From positions 5,310,001-5,342,000 of the forward strand of contig NZ_CP074694.1 in the NCBI RefSeq assembly GCF_018398935.1: a DNA stretch of 32,000 bases. The letters run 5' to 3'. Position numbers and translations under genes: made by a program. The DNA comes from Telmatocola sphagniphila. Its GTDB lineage: Bacteria; Planctomycetota; Planctomycetia; Gemmatales; Gemmataceae. This document shows, one piece after another, positions 17,237 through 25,535 of this stretch; within the stretch, counting starts at the first letter, position 1; each line of letters begins with the position of its first letter. The notes below the pieces were generated by a model. The model was not told the origin of the DNA. It was given only the letters and a program-made list of their open reading frames with translations, and ran no database searches.

Positions 17237-19624
17237 TCAATTCCTCGTCAGCACGGAATCCTGATTCAAAAGCACGTTGGCGATGATGGTCCAGGCAGCC
17301 GTCTCCGGATCGCCGGCCAATTTTTTCGCGGCTTCCTTATCCTTTTCGAAGCGGGCTTTTTCCGATTCCAGAAGTTTGTTCAGAGGAGCCAGGATCTCGG
17401 GAGTGGCCGGTCGCCCGGTGGTCAGTTCGTAAGCGAACTGCATCGAAGCTTTGCCTTCGCTCATAATCCGCTTTGCCAGCGCCTGGGCCGCTTCGAAAAA
17501 GACCGGATCGTTCAAGGTCACAAAGGCCTGCAGCGGCGTGTTGGTGCGAATGCGACGTACGGTGCAGGTTTCGCGGCTGGGGGCATCGAATGTCGTCATG
17601 GCGGGATTGGGAATGGTGCGCCGCCAGACGGTATAAATGCCTCGACGATAGCGATCGTCGCCGGTGGAAGTCGGGTAGCTACGTTCGCCGTTGAAAGCGG
17701 CCTGCCAGAGGCCATCCGGTTGTGGCGGGTAAACGCTCGGTCCCCCAAGTTTCTTTTTCAGCAATCCGGAAAGTGCCAAGGCCTGATCGCGAATCATCTC
17801 CCCTTCGAGACGGTAGCGGGGAGCACGAGAAAGGAGAACATTTTTCGGATCTTTCTCGAGATGTTCCGGAAGTGTTTGGGAGGATTGGCGATAGGTGGCT
17901 GAGGTTACCAGCAGTTTGATCAATGCTTTCACATCCCATTTGTCGCCGATAAATTCCGTCGCCAGCCAATCGAGCAATTCGGGATGCGAAGGCAATTCTC
18001 CCTGAGTACCAAAGTCTTCTTCGGTTTCGAGCAGACCGCGTCCAAACAACTGCGACCAGAGGCGATTGACTTCGACCCGGGCCGTCAGCGGGTTATTTTC
18101 CTGAACGATCCACTTCGCCAGAGCCAGTCGATTGATGCTGGTTACCTCGGTCAATTTCGGAAAGGCCGCCGGGAGGGTAGGCTTCACTTCTTCACCGGGA
18201 TTCAAAAAATCGCCTTTGACCATCATCCGCGTTTTTCGCTGCCGTTCCTTGGCCAGCTCTTCCATAACCGGCAGCGTGGGAATGACCGGTTTGGCCTTCT
18301 TCAGCGCGGCCATTTCGTCCTTCCACTTCTTGAAGTAGGGGGACTCGGCCTCGAACTGCTCCTCCAGTTTTTTTGCATCTGGTTTGGCGTCGGTTTTTTT
18401 GCGAGTTTTTTCCCATTCTTCCCGGGCCTTTTTTCGTTCGGGGCTGTCGGCCTTGATTTCTTTTTGAATCTCGGCCAGCCGTGCATCGATCTGCTTTACC
18501 CTGGCCAGCAGTTCGGGCGCGGCCACTTGCAACAACGGAGTTTCATTCGGCTGATCGTTGTCGGCCGTCTGGTTGAAAACGGCATAAACCTGGTAATACT
18601 CCTTCTGCGTGAACGGATCGTATTTATGGTTATGGCATTTGGCGCAGCCGAAGGTGATGCCCATCCAGACCTGCAGCGTCGTATCCACGCGATCCTTCAC
18701 AGCCGCGACTCGGAATTCTTCGCGATCGGTGCCCCCTTCGGTGTTAGTCATGGTATTGCGATTGAAGGCCGTAGCGATTTTCTGCTCGAGTGTGGGGTTC
18801 GGCAACAAATCGCCGGCAATCTGCTCGACGGTAAAGCGGTCGTAGGGGAGATTTCGATTGAAGGCTTCGATCACCCACTCGCGATACTTCCACATGTTCA
18901 GCCGCAGCGGATCGGAACCATAACCGGCGGAGTCGGCGTAACGGGCCAGATCGAGCCAGGTGCGAGCCATGCGTTCGCCATAAGCGGGATCGGCCAGGAG
19001 CTTGTCGACCCACTTTTCGTAGGCATCGGCCGACTTATCTGCGAGGAATTCCTGTACTTCCTGCGGCGTCGGCGGCAGGCCGCGTAAATCGAGACTCAGC
19101 CGACGCAAGAGAATAGGCCGGCTGGCTTCCGGCGCAGGTTTCAGACCGTGAGCCTGCAGTTCTTTCAGAATGAAAGCATCGATGGGATTGCGTATCCAGT
19201 TGCCTGAATTCAGCTTCGGCACTTCAGGTCGCTGTGGCTTTACGAAAGCCCAATGCTCCGAGTAGGCAGCGCCCTGTTCGACCCATTTTTTCAATGTCGC
19301 TATCTGCTCCGCAGTCAACCGGTTGCCCGATTCTTCAGGCGGCATCGGTTCCTGAGCGTCTTGAATGCGCACCAGCAGCCGGGATTTATGCGTTTCTTTG
19401 AGATCAATGGCCTGGCCCTTTTTGCGCGGAGCAATCGCGGCCTCCCGGATATCCAGACGGAGTTTGGCCTCGCGGTGAGCTTCGTCCGGCCCGTGGCAAG
19501 AAAAGCAATTCTTGGCCAGGATCGGTTTCACGTCCCGATTGTAATCGATGCGGTCAGCACAGACAGCCGGAGAGACAAATAGTAAGCTGACCGCCAGACC
19601 GGGCAAAAAACGGGTCCAGCGCAT
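17237..19624 (-). CDS. PSD1 protein: planctomycete cytochrome C (PSCyt1) plus DUF1549 plus DUF1553
   Basis: A signal peptide is followed by [28 protein letters not shown] (CxxCH). DUF1549 block: NPIDAFI...GL. DUF1553 blocks: [23 protein letters not shown] and [14 protein letters not shown] Lys/Glu-rich coiled-coil insert spans about aa 385-445. Confidence 0.9.
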   Translation of the reverse strand: MRWTRFLPGLAVSLLFVSPAVCADRIDYNRDVKPILAKNCFSCHGPDEAHREAKLRLDIREAAIAPRKKGQAIDLKETHKSRLLVRIQDAQEPMPPEESGNRLTAEQIATLKKWVEQGAAYSEHWAFVKPQRPEVPKLNSGNWIRNPIDAFILKELQAHGLKPAPEASRPILLRRLSLDLRGLPPTPQEVQEFLADKSADAYEKWVDKLLADPAYGERMARTWLDLARYADSAGYGSDPLRLNMWKYREWVIEAFNRNLPYDRFTVEQIAGDLLPNPTLEQKIATAFNRNTMTNTEGGTDREEFRVAAVKDRVDTTLQVWMGITFGCAKCHNHKYDPFTQKEYYQVYAVFNQTADNDQPNETPLLQVAAPELLARVKQIDARLAEIQKEIKADSPERKKAREEWEKTRKKTDAKPDAKKLEEQFEAESPYFKKWKDEMAALKKAKPVIPTLPVMEELAKERQRKTRMMVKGDFLNPGEEVKPTLPAAFPKLTEVTSINRLALAKWIVQENNPLTARVEVNRLWSQLFGRGLLETEEDFGTQGELPSHPELLDWLATEFIGDKWDVKALIKLLVTSATYRQSSQTLPEHLEKDPKNVLLSRAPRYRLEGEMIRDQALALSGLLKKKLGGPSVYPPQPDGLWQAAFNGERSYPTSTGDDRYRRGIYTVWRRTIPNPAMTTFDAPSRETCTVRRIRTNTPLQAFVTLNDPVFFEAAQALAKRIMSEGKASMQFAYELTTGRPATPEILAPLNKLLESEKARFEKDKEAAKKLAGDPETAAWTIIANVLLNQDSVLTRN

Positions 19625-19730
19625 GGGGTGGGAACCTTCAACGGAGAGCAGGCGATATAAGGATTTATTCTAAACGAATTCGCGGAACAGGAGAATTGAA
19701 AAATGAAATCCGGCAGGGGCCCGGCCGCCT

Positions 19731-19765
19731 AAAAAGCGAAAACCGCGACCAAATCGCGGTTTTCG
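19731..19765 (-). terminator. rho-independent terminator after the HEAT-repeat gene
   Basis: CGAAAACCGCGA (19737-19748) pairs with TCGCGGTTTTCG (19754-19765) around a 5-nt loop. On the minus strand the hairpin is followed by CTTTTT. It ends 17 nt from the stop at 19782. Confidence 0.75.
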
Positions 19766-19781
19766 TCGGGTCATCCGGCGA

Positions 19782-20303
19782 TCAGGTCTTTTTGTTGATG
19801 CGGGTGATAGCGTCCCGATAGACGTTCGCATCCGCTTTCTTGCCGGAATCGATCAGGGCTTTTTGGGCTTCGCGAAGGGCCGGGATGGCTTCCTTGGCGG
19901 CATTGCCTATGTTGGCCAAGCCCTTGGCCGCGCCCTGTTTGACTTTCTCCACCTTTTCGTTTTTCAGCAGATCGAGCAAAGCGGCAATCTGCTCTTTCTT
20001 ATCGTCGAGATCTATTTTGCCGAGGCCCTCGGCGGCGGCGCGGCGGACGTCCGAACTGCTATCCTTCAAGCCTTCGAAAAAGGCGGGTATAGCCGGTTTG
20101 GCCAGGCCGATTTGAATCTGCGAAAGATCCCCCAGCACCTCGAAGGCTTTGGCCCGTTCTTTGGGATCTTTGGAGGTCTTCAGAATTTTCTGATAGTGCT
20201 CCGCTTCATCTTTTTTGGAATCCCGCGCTTGAACATCGCCGACCCAGGCTAACAGTAGCGCCGAGAGAACGGAAATACCGAATCCGAAGCGAATGCGATT
20301 CAT
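19782..20303 (-). CDS. secreted HEAT-repeat protein
   Basis: Signal peptide MNRIRFGFGISVLSALLLAWVGDVQA. HEAT-like repeats AIPAFFEGLKDSSSDVRRAAAEGLGKI and AIPALREAQKAL. It is a paralogue-like match to the 4798..5202 protein. Confidence 0.7.
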   Translation of the reverse strand: MNRIRFGFGISVLSALLLAWVGDVQARDSKKDEAEHYQKILKTSKDPKERAKAFEVLGDLSQIQIGLAKPAIPAFFEGLKDSSSDVRRAAAEGLGKIDLDDKKEQIAALLDLLKNEKVEKVKQGAAKGLANIGNAAKEAIPALREAQKALIDSGKKADANVYRDAITRINKKT

Positions 20304-20397
20304 GATTCACCACCCAATTCGAAGATAGTTGAACTTATTTTCGATTATAACCCGAAAAATACCCGGAGGTTTCGAAATTGCGGCAGTCGAAAGAGTA

Positions 20398-23169
20398 TCA
20401 GGGCAACCGGTGGCGGAGATCTTCTTCCAGATATTGGAGAATTCTGTCGGTATTGTCGATTTTGCGGCCACGCAGAGTCTCATCCAGAGCCAATTCCCAT
20501 TCTCCGACAGAGGCCAGACACGCGGCGTAGTAGGAACAGAAATTCAGAGAACCGGGCTCGAGTTCGGTCGCTTTCTTGAGATATTTCAGAGCTTCCTGAC
20601 CCCGCTGCAAATTTTCGTACAGGAGCATTCCCAGCACGAAGTTCGCGAAACCACTCGCATCATTCAGACGCAAACTCTCCTGAATTTGTTCCCGGGCTTC
20701 ATTGAAAGCGGCTGGGGAATTTTTCGCCCGCAGCAAATTGGCCAGATTGGCGCGAGCCAGATCGTTCTTGGGGGATATGGACAGGATCAACCGGAAGTAA
20801 CGGATGGCATAATCGATTTCACCTCGATTTCCCAACTTGGCCGCATGGTTTAAAACGGCCGGTACAAAGCCACTATCCTTTTGGAGGAGTTTTTCCATTT
20901 TCGCAAAGCCGGTCCGGTCCTCATCATCGAGGGTCTCGCCGAGAATCAGTAAGGCGTGGGCGAAGTTCGGATCGGTTTCCAGTACGCGGTTGCAGAGTTC
21001 GATGCATTTCTTCACATCGCCCTTGGCTTTCCAGGCATTCGCCAAATTGGTCAGCGCCCGCGGCGAATCGGGTTTGATCTTGAAGGTCGATTCGAGAACT
21101 TGAATGGCGATATCGTGATTTCCGGTAGCAATCAGACAGTAGCCCAGATTGATCAGTGCCGGATAGGAATCCGGGCGGATGGCCAGAGCGGCCCGGAAGG
21201 CCAGGCACGCTTTCTCCGGGTTGTTGTAAGCTTCTGCGTAAAAATTGCCCTGCGTCAGATGGAGCCAGAAATCATTGGGATGGAGGTTGCAACCGATCTC
21301 GAGCACTTCCAAGGAAGGGAGCCCTTGCTGATTCAACATCCAGCACAAGCGGATGAACAGACCCGGCCCGGCTTTCCGGCTCAACAGCGATTTGGCCAGT
21401 TCCTTGATGTGTTCCGGACTGCCGTTGTTCCAGGATTTGGGATCGCGGAACGGATCGCAGGTCACTTCGAATATGGTGCGGTTGATTCGGGCGACCAGAG
21501 CTTTATCGGTCTCATCCGTCGCCCAATCGTCCAGGGCATTGATGATATCGCTTTTCAGGGGGGAATTTTTGATCCGCTCGAGAGCCTCCTGATCCAGTTC
21601 CTCGGTGAAATCCCAGTTTTCGTCCTTGAAGAACTGAATGTAGCGCGGGCTGGCTTCCTTCTGGGCATAACTGTTGCCGATCCAGAGTGCCTTATCCAGC
21701 CGAATCGCGTCCAGCTTCTGCAGAAACTCGAAATCTTTTTGAGCTGCCAGAATCTGCTTTTCCATGCTCGAATCGTTAATCGATCGAACGGAATTGTATT
21801 CTCTTTCCAGCAGCACCCGCGCTTCATTCCACATACCGCGAGTCTGCAACGCCGGCAGTTGTCGAAGCAACTCATCGAGTTCGCGACGCATTTCAATCTT
21901 CCGGCCGCTTTCCTTGGCCCCGCGGAGTTTATCCTCCTGCTCCAGGGCCGCGGTCTGCTGAATCTTCCAGATGGTGATGGCCGCGGCGAAGAGAATTGCC
22001 GTTACCGTGAGGAACGCCAGAAGGGTGTGGACTTTCCGGCGGGAGCGTTCGACGCGCGCCTGAATTTCGGCCTGCGTTAAGGTCATTTCGAGCGCTCGAG
22101 CGCGATTTTCGATCAAAGCGCGAATCTGGATGACACGATCGGCAACGACCCGGGCATCCCGAGGCCGATCTTTCGGATCGCTCTGCAGGCAGTCCAAGGC
22201 CAGATCGATCCATTCGGGATCGATTGGAACCTTCTTTAGCCGATCGCGGCATTCGTCCAACTCACCGTGCACCGCCTGGAAGCGGATCTCCTCGATCGTC
22301 CGGCCCTTATAGGGAGGTTCGCCGCTGAGCATGACGCACAGGATGGCTCCCAGGCCGAAGATATCCGACTGGGGGCCGATTTCGTCCCGGTCCCCCCGCG
22401 CTTGTTCGGGCGGCATGAAGGTAGGCGTGCCGATCATCGATCCGGCCAGGGTCCAGTCGTTATTTTTGTCGATGCGCGGATCGCGCACCCAATTTTCGTC
22501 GAGCCGGAGTTCTTTCGAATCCCGAAGTGCTTTCTTGGATTCGCTCGCGTCGAGCACTCGGGCCAGTCCCCAGTCCATCACCTGAACTTCGCCGAAGGCG
22601 CCCACCATGATATTCGAGGGCTTCAGATCCCGATGGATCACTCTTCGCTCGTGCGCGTAAGCTACGGCCAGACAGATCTGTTCGAAAATCGCCAGGTCGC
22701 GCTGCCAGTTCTCCTTCGCGACTTTTCTCTCCGCAAGCAGATCGGTGAGGGTGCGACCCTGAATCAACTTCATGACCAGGTAGGGCCGACCATCCGAGAG
22801 CGTGCCGATTTCGTGGATCGGGGGTATGCAGGGGTGTTGGAGCTGCGCGGCGATCTGGGCCTCTTCGACGAAGCGATCCACCGCTTCGGGATTTTTCGAG
22901 TACCGATCGTTCAAAACCTTGATGGCCACATTGCGGGCCAGTCGCAGATCGTAGGCTTTATAGATTGTGCCCATTCCACCGCGCGCCAGCTCGCTATCCA
23001 GTTGATAAGGAGCGTTCGGGGCGAAGACGGGAGTTTTTGTGGAAGGGGGAATTAAGGGCGCAGCCGAGAGCGTATCGTCATTGGTTACGTCCCGTCCCAC
23101 TTTTGTGTTTTCGGCACGCAACAAAACCGATTTGCGAGATCGAATATTAGCGGTCAATTCGTTCTGCAT
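20398..23169 (-). CDS. serine/threonine protein kinase with TM helix and C-terminal TPR repeats
   Basis: GGMGTIYKA, VAIKVL, VIHRDLKPSNIMV, VMDWGLAR (DWG in place of DFG) and GTPTFMPPE. A TM helix (TLLAFLTVTAILFAAAITIW) comes next. It is followed by ~500 aa with TPR-type repeats (AYNNPEKACLAFRAALAIRPD, ALINLGYCL, AIQVLESTFKIKPD ...). Confidence 0.9.
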   Translation of the reverse strand: MQNELTANIRSRKSVLLRAENTKVGRDVTNDDTLSAAPLIPPSTKTPVFAPNAPYQLDSELARGGMGTIYKAYDLRLARNVAIKVLNDRYSKNPEAVDRFVEEAQIAAQLQHPCIPPIHEIGTLSDGRPYLVMKLIQGRTLTDLLAERKVAKENWQRDLAIFEQICLAVAYAHERRVIHRDLKPSNIMVGAFGEVQVMDWGLARVLDASESKKALRDSKELRLDENWVRDPRIDKNNDWTLAGSMIGTPTFMPPEQARGDRDEIGPQSDIFGLGAILCVMLSGEPPYKGRTIEEIRFQAVHGELDECRDRLKKVPIDPEWIDLALDCLQSDPKDRPRDARVVADRVIQIRALIENRARALEMTLTQAEIQARVERSRRKVHTLLAFLTVTAILFAAAITIWKIQQTAALEQEDKLRGAKESGRKIEMRRELDELLRQLPALQTRGMWNEARVLLEREYNSVRSINDSSMEKQILAAQKDFEFLQKLDAIRLDKALWIGNSYAQKEASPRYIQFFKDENWDFTEELDQEALERIKNSPLKSDIINALDDWATDETDKALVARINRTIFEVTCDPFRDPKSWNNGSPEHIKELAKSLLSRKAGPGLFIRLCWMLNQQGLPSLEVLEIGCNLHPNDFWLHLTQGNFYAEAYNNPEKACLAFRAALAIRPDSYPALINLGYCLIATGNHDIAIQVLESTFKIKPDSPRALTNLANAWKAKGDVKKCIELCNRVLETDPNFAHALLILGETLDDEDRTGFAKMEKLLQKDSGFVPAVLNHAAKLGNRGEIDYAIRYFRLILSISPKNDLARANLANLLRAKNSPAAFNEAREQIQESLRLNDASGFANFVLGMLLYENLQRGQEALKYLKKATELEPGSLNFCSYYAACLASVGEWELALDETLRGRKIDNTDRILQYLEEDLRHRLP

Positions 23170-23238
23170 AGGTTCCAGGAAGCGTCTGCGAGTAAGAGAT
23201 CTACTTTGGAGTAAACACTACCGCTTCCTATGCAGAAC
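23161..23238 (-). promoter_or_regulatory. inverted repeat covering the kinase start codon (candidate 5'-UTR stem or operator)
   Basis: GTTCTGCATAGG (23161-23172) is the exact reverse complement of CCTATGCAGAAC (23227-23238). AAGCG (23180-23184) pairs with CGCTT (23222-23226). This gives 17 bp of pairing with a 7-nt bulge and a 37-nt loop. The kinase ATG (23169-23167, minus strand) lies inside the proximal arm. Confidence 0.4.
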
Positions 23239-23464
23239 TATGGGACAACTTTTCTCCAGCTGCAAGTAAAAGCCAGAATAAGAAGCCTTTCGGAGCAAAA
23301 TTTTCTCACTTTTTCTAATTTCAGGTAGCACCATGACTTAGGAAGCAAAAAAAGTAAGATTTTTTACTGAAATATCGAAATTCGGGCGCCCGCAAGAGAC
23401 CCATTAAGCTCGTATCATAACTTCCGGAACTCTTCATCGCACAGCGGAAGCTAAAGGCGGAAAA

Positions 23465-24463
23465 ATGCAATACAGGAAATTCGGACGGACCGGGGCTTCG
23501 ATCTCTGAAGTGTCACTGGGTACCTGGCAGTTGGGCGGTACCGAGTGGGGGGATGTCAGTGACACCGATGCTTTGGAAATACTTCATAAAGCGGTCGACT
23601 CCGGCGTTAATCTCCTGGATACGGCGGACATTTATGGTAACGGCCGGAGCGAAACGCTGATCAAACGCTTTCTCCTGGAGAGTCCTCGCAAAGTCTACGT
23701 GGCAACGAAGTTGTGCAAACGTTCCGATGGATCGAACGGCTGGTCGCAAAATTTTAGCCTCGCCGCTCTCCGCCAGCATACCCAGGATTCGATCAAACGA
23801 CTCGGCGTGGAATCGATCTGGCTGCAACAGTTTCATTGCCCGCCCTTGGAAGAGCTGCAAAAGGGCGAAATTTTCGATCACATCCGCACCATTCAAAAAG
23901 AGGGATTGATCGAGCACTGGGGCGTCAGCGTCGAATCGATCGAAGAGGGGATGATCTGTCTTCAGCAGGCCGATTGCAGCAGCCTTCAGGTGATTTACAA
24001 TATCTTCCGGCAGCGCCTGCAGGACGAATTACTTCCCCGAGCCAAGGCTCAGCAGGTGGCCATCCTGGCCCGGTTGCCCCTGGCCAGCGGCGTGCTGTCC
24101 GGGCAATTTCGAAGCGGCCAGAAATTCGGAGCCAACGATCACCGCAACTACAACGCCAACGGCGAGAAGTTCAACGTCGGTGAAACTTTTGCCGGGCTCC
24201 CTTATGAACAGGCACTGGTCTTTGCCGAGAAAGTGAAAGCCATCCTTCAAGCCGAACAGAATGCACCGATGGCCCAGCTTTCCCTGCGCTGGATTCTGGA
24301 TGACGAGAGTGTCTCGACCGTGATTCCGGGGGCCACCAAACTGGCTCAGGTGGAATCGAATGCGAAAGCCAGCCAACTGCCAAGACTTTCGAAAGAGGTT
24401 CATCAGGCTTTGCGGCAGTTGTACCAGTCCGAAATCGACGGAGCCGTACGAGGCAAGTATTAG
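23465..24463 (+). CDS. aldo/keto reductase family oxidoreductase
   Basis: MQYRKFGRTGASISEVSLGTWQLGG, LDTADIYGNGRSE, and HWGVS, VIYNIF, PGATKLAQVESN blocks typical of AKR11/13-type enzymes. Confidence 0.9.
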   Translation: MQYRKFGRTGASISEVSLGTWQLGGTEWGDVSDTDALEILHKAVDSGVNLLDTADIYGNGRSETLIKRFLLESPRKVYVATKLCKRSDGSNGWSQNFSLAALRQHTQDSIKRLGVESIWLQQFHCPPLEELQKGEIFDHIRTIQKEGLIEHWGVSVESIEEGMICLQQADCSSLQVIYNIFRQRLQDELLPRAKAQQVAILARLPLASGVLSGQFRSGQKFGANDHRNYNANGEKFNVGETFAGLPYEQALVFAEKVKAILQAEQNAPMAQLSLRWILDDESVSTVIPGATKLAQVESNAKASQLPRLSKEVHQALRQLYQSEIDGAVRGKY

Positions 24464-24564
24464 AGGAATCTATCTCGCCCCCGTCGGCCGCGTCCGGGAG
24501 GGGAGTTTCTAGAATAGTGCTTTCGAAGCGAATTCTCCGGTTCAAATCAGGGGTGGAGTTACGG

Positions 24565-25521
24565 ATGGTGCAACAACAATCGGCCCGGGCGGAAGATTTC
24601 TGGTGGGCCGAGCCAGCGACGCAGCAAAAATTGCTGACCGATCCGATTGGCGTGCTGAAGGAAATGGGCATCAACGTACCGGCGAATGTCCCCATTCCGG
24701 TGGCCCAGGAAGTTGTGCGACTCAATTCGCTTCTCTGGCTCGATGGCCAGGTGATCTCCCGGGACCAGTTTAAAATCGATCCGGCCGATGAAGGACTGCT
24801 ATTCGGTCGGGGCGTCTGGGAATCGACGCGAGTCATCGGCGGTTTGCCCTGGCTTTGGTCGATGCACATCGAACGACTGAAAAAAACGGCCGAACTGCTG
24901 CGAATCGAAGTGGAGCCGGAACGCCTGCCCGATAGCATGGCGGTCAGCGAGTTCGTTCGCAGTCTCACCAAAATGGACGTGGTAATTCGTCTGAATCTCA
25001 CGGCCGGTCGGCCCGGGAAAAAGGGCATCGTCTGGATGACGGCCGCGCTGCCGCCCGCGCCTTTGCACGGGGTCCGTCTGCAAACCCGCACGCTGCCGAT
25101 GGAAAAAGGGCACCCCTACCTGCTTTGGAAGACCTTCCAGTATGCCACGAGACTGGAAGTGGGTCAGCAATCGATGCGCGAAGGTTTCGATACCTGCCTA
25201 CTGGTGGATGAACAGGACAACCTTCTGGAAGCGGCCCATGCGAATCTGTTCGTTCGACTTCAGGATGGCTGGGCCACTCCCCTGGCCGATGGGGGGCTGC
25301 TGCCCGGTACGGTGCGCCGACAGTTATTGGAACGCTCGCCTTTACCGATCCGGGAGATGAAAATCCCCCGCGCTTTTCTGGGAGAAGTCACTGAAGCCTT
25401 CGTCACGAACAGCAACGTCGGCATTGTACCGGTGACGCAAATCGACGATCGCAGCTTTCCCTTGGGGGCGGAGACGCAGCAACTCCAGCAATGGTTGCGT
25501 CCGGCACCGGCGCAATCGTAA
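24565..25521 (+). CDS. aminotransferase class IV (PabC / branched-chain aminotransferase fold) with an NHLP-like N-terminal extension
   Basis: The fold-type IV core reads LWLDGQVISRDQFKIDPADEGLLFGRGVWESTRV and LWKTFQYATRLEV (catalytic Lys context). It continues with EAAHANLFVR, GLLPGTVRR and AFVTNSNVGIVPV. The start is uncertain: GTG 24517 (track), ATG 24565 (used here) or ATG 24664. Confidence 0.8.
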   Translation: MVQQQSARAEDFWWAEPATQQKLLTDPIGVLKEMGINVPANVPIPVAQEVVRLNSLLWLDGQVISRDQFKIDPADEGLLFGRGVWESTRVIGGLPWLWSMHIERLKKTAELLRIEVEPERLPDSMAVSEFVRSLTKMDVVIRLNLTAGRPGKKGIVWMTAALPPAPLHGVRLQTRTLPMEKGHPYLLWKTFQYATRLEVGQQSMREGFDTCLLVDEQDNLLEAAHANLFVRLQDGWATPLADGGLLPGTVRRQLLERSPLPIREMKIPRAFLGEVTEAFVTNSNVGIVPVTQIDDRSFPLGAETQQLQQWLRPAPAQS

Positions 25522-25535
25522 TGTTGCTAGCCCGT

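Noticed and set aside
17984-19087. 367-aa plus-strand ORF, together with similar long antisense ORFs. These are 20956..22080, 26955..27878, 22267..23055, 24171..25091, 10907..11665, 5418..6107, 6597..7340, 11491..12153 and 13188..13694.
   Set aside because: Each lies antisense to a confidently identified gene (PSD1, the kinases, the aminotransferase, the asparaginase, DUF1559, TIGR02996, the thioesterase or TolC). Each has a biased, low-complexity composition and no family features.
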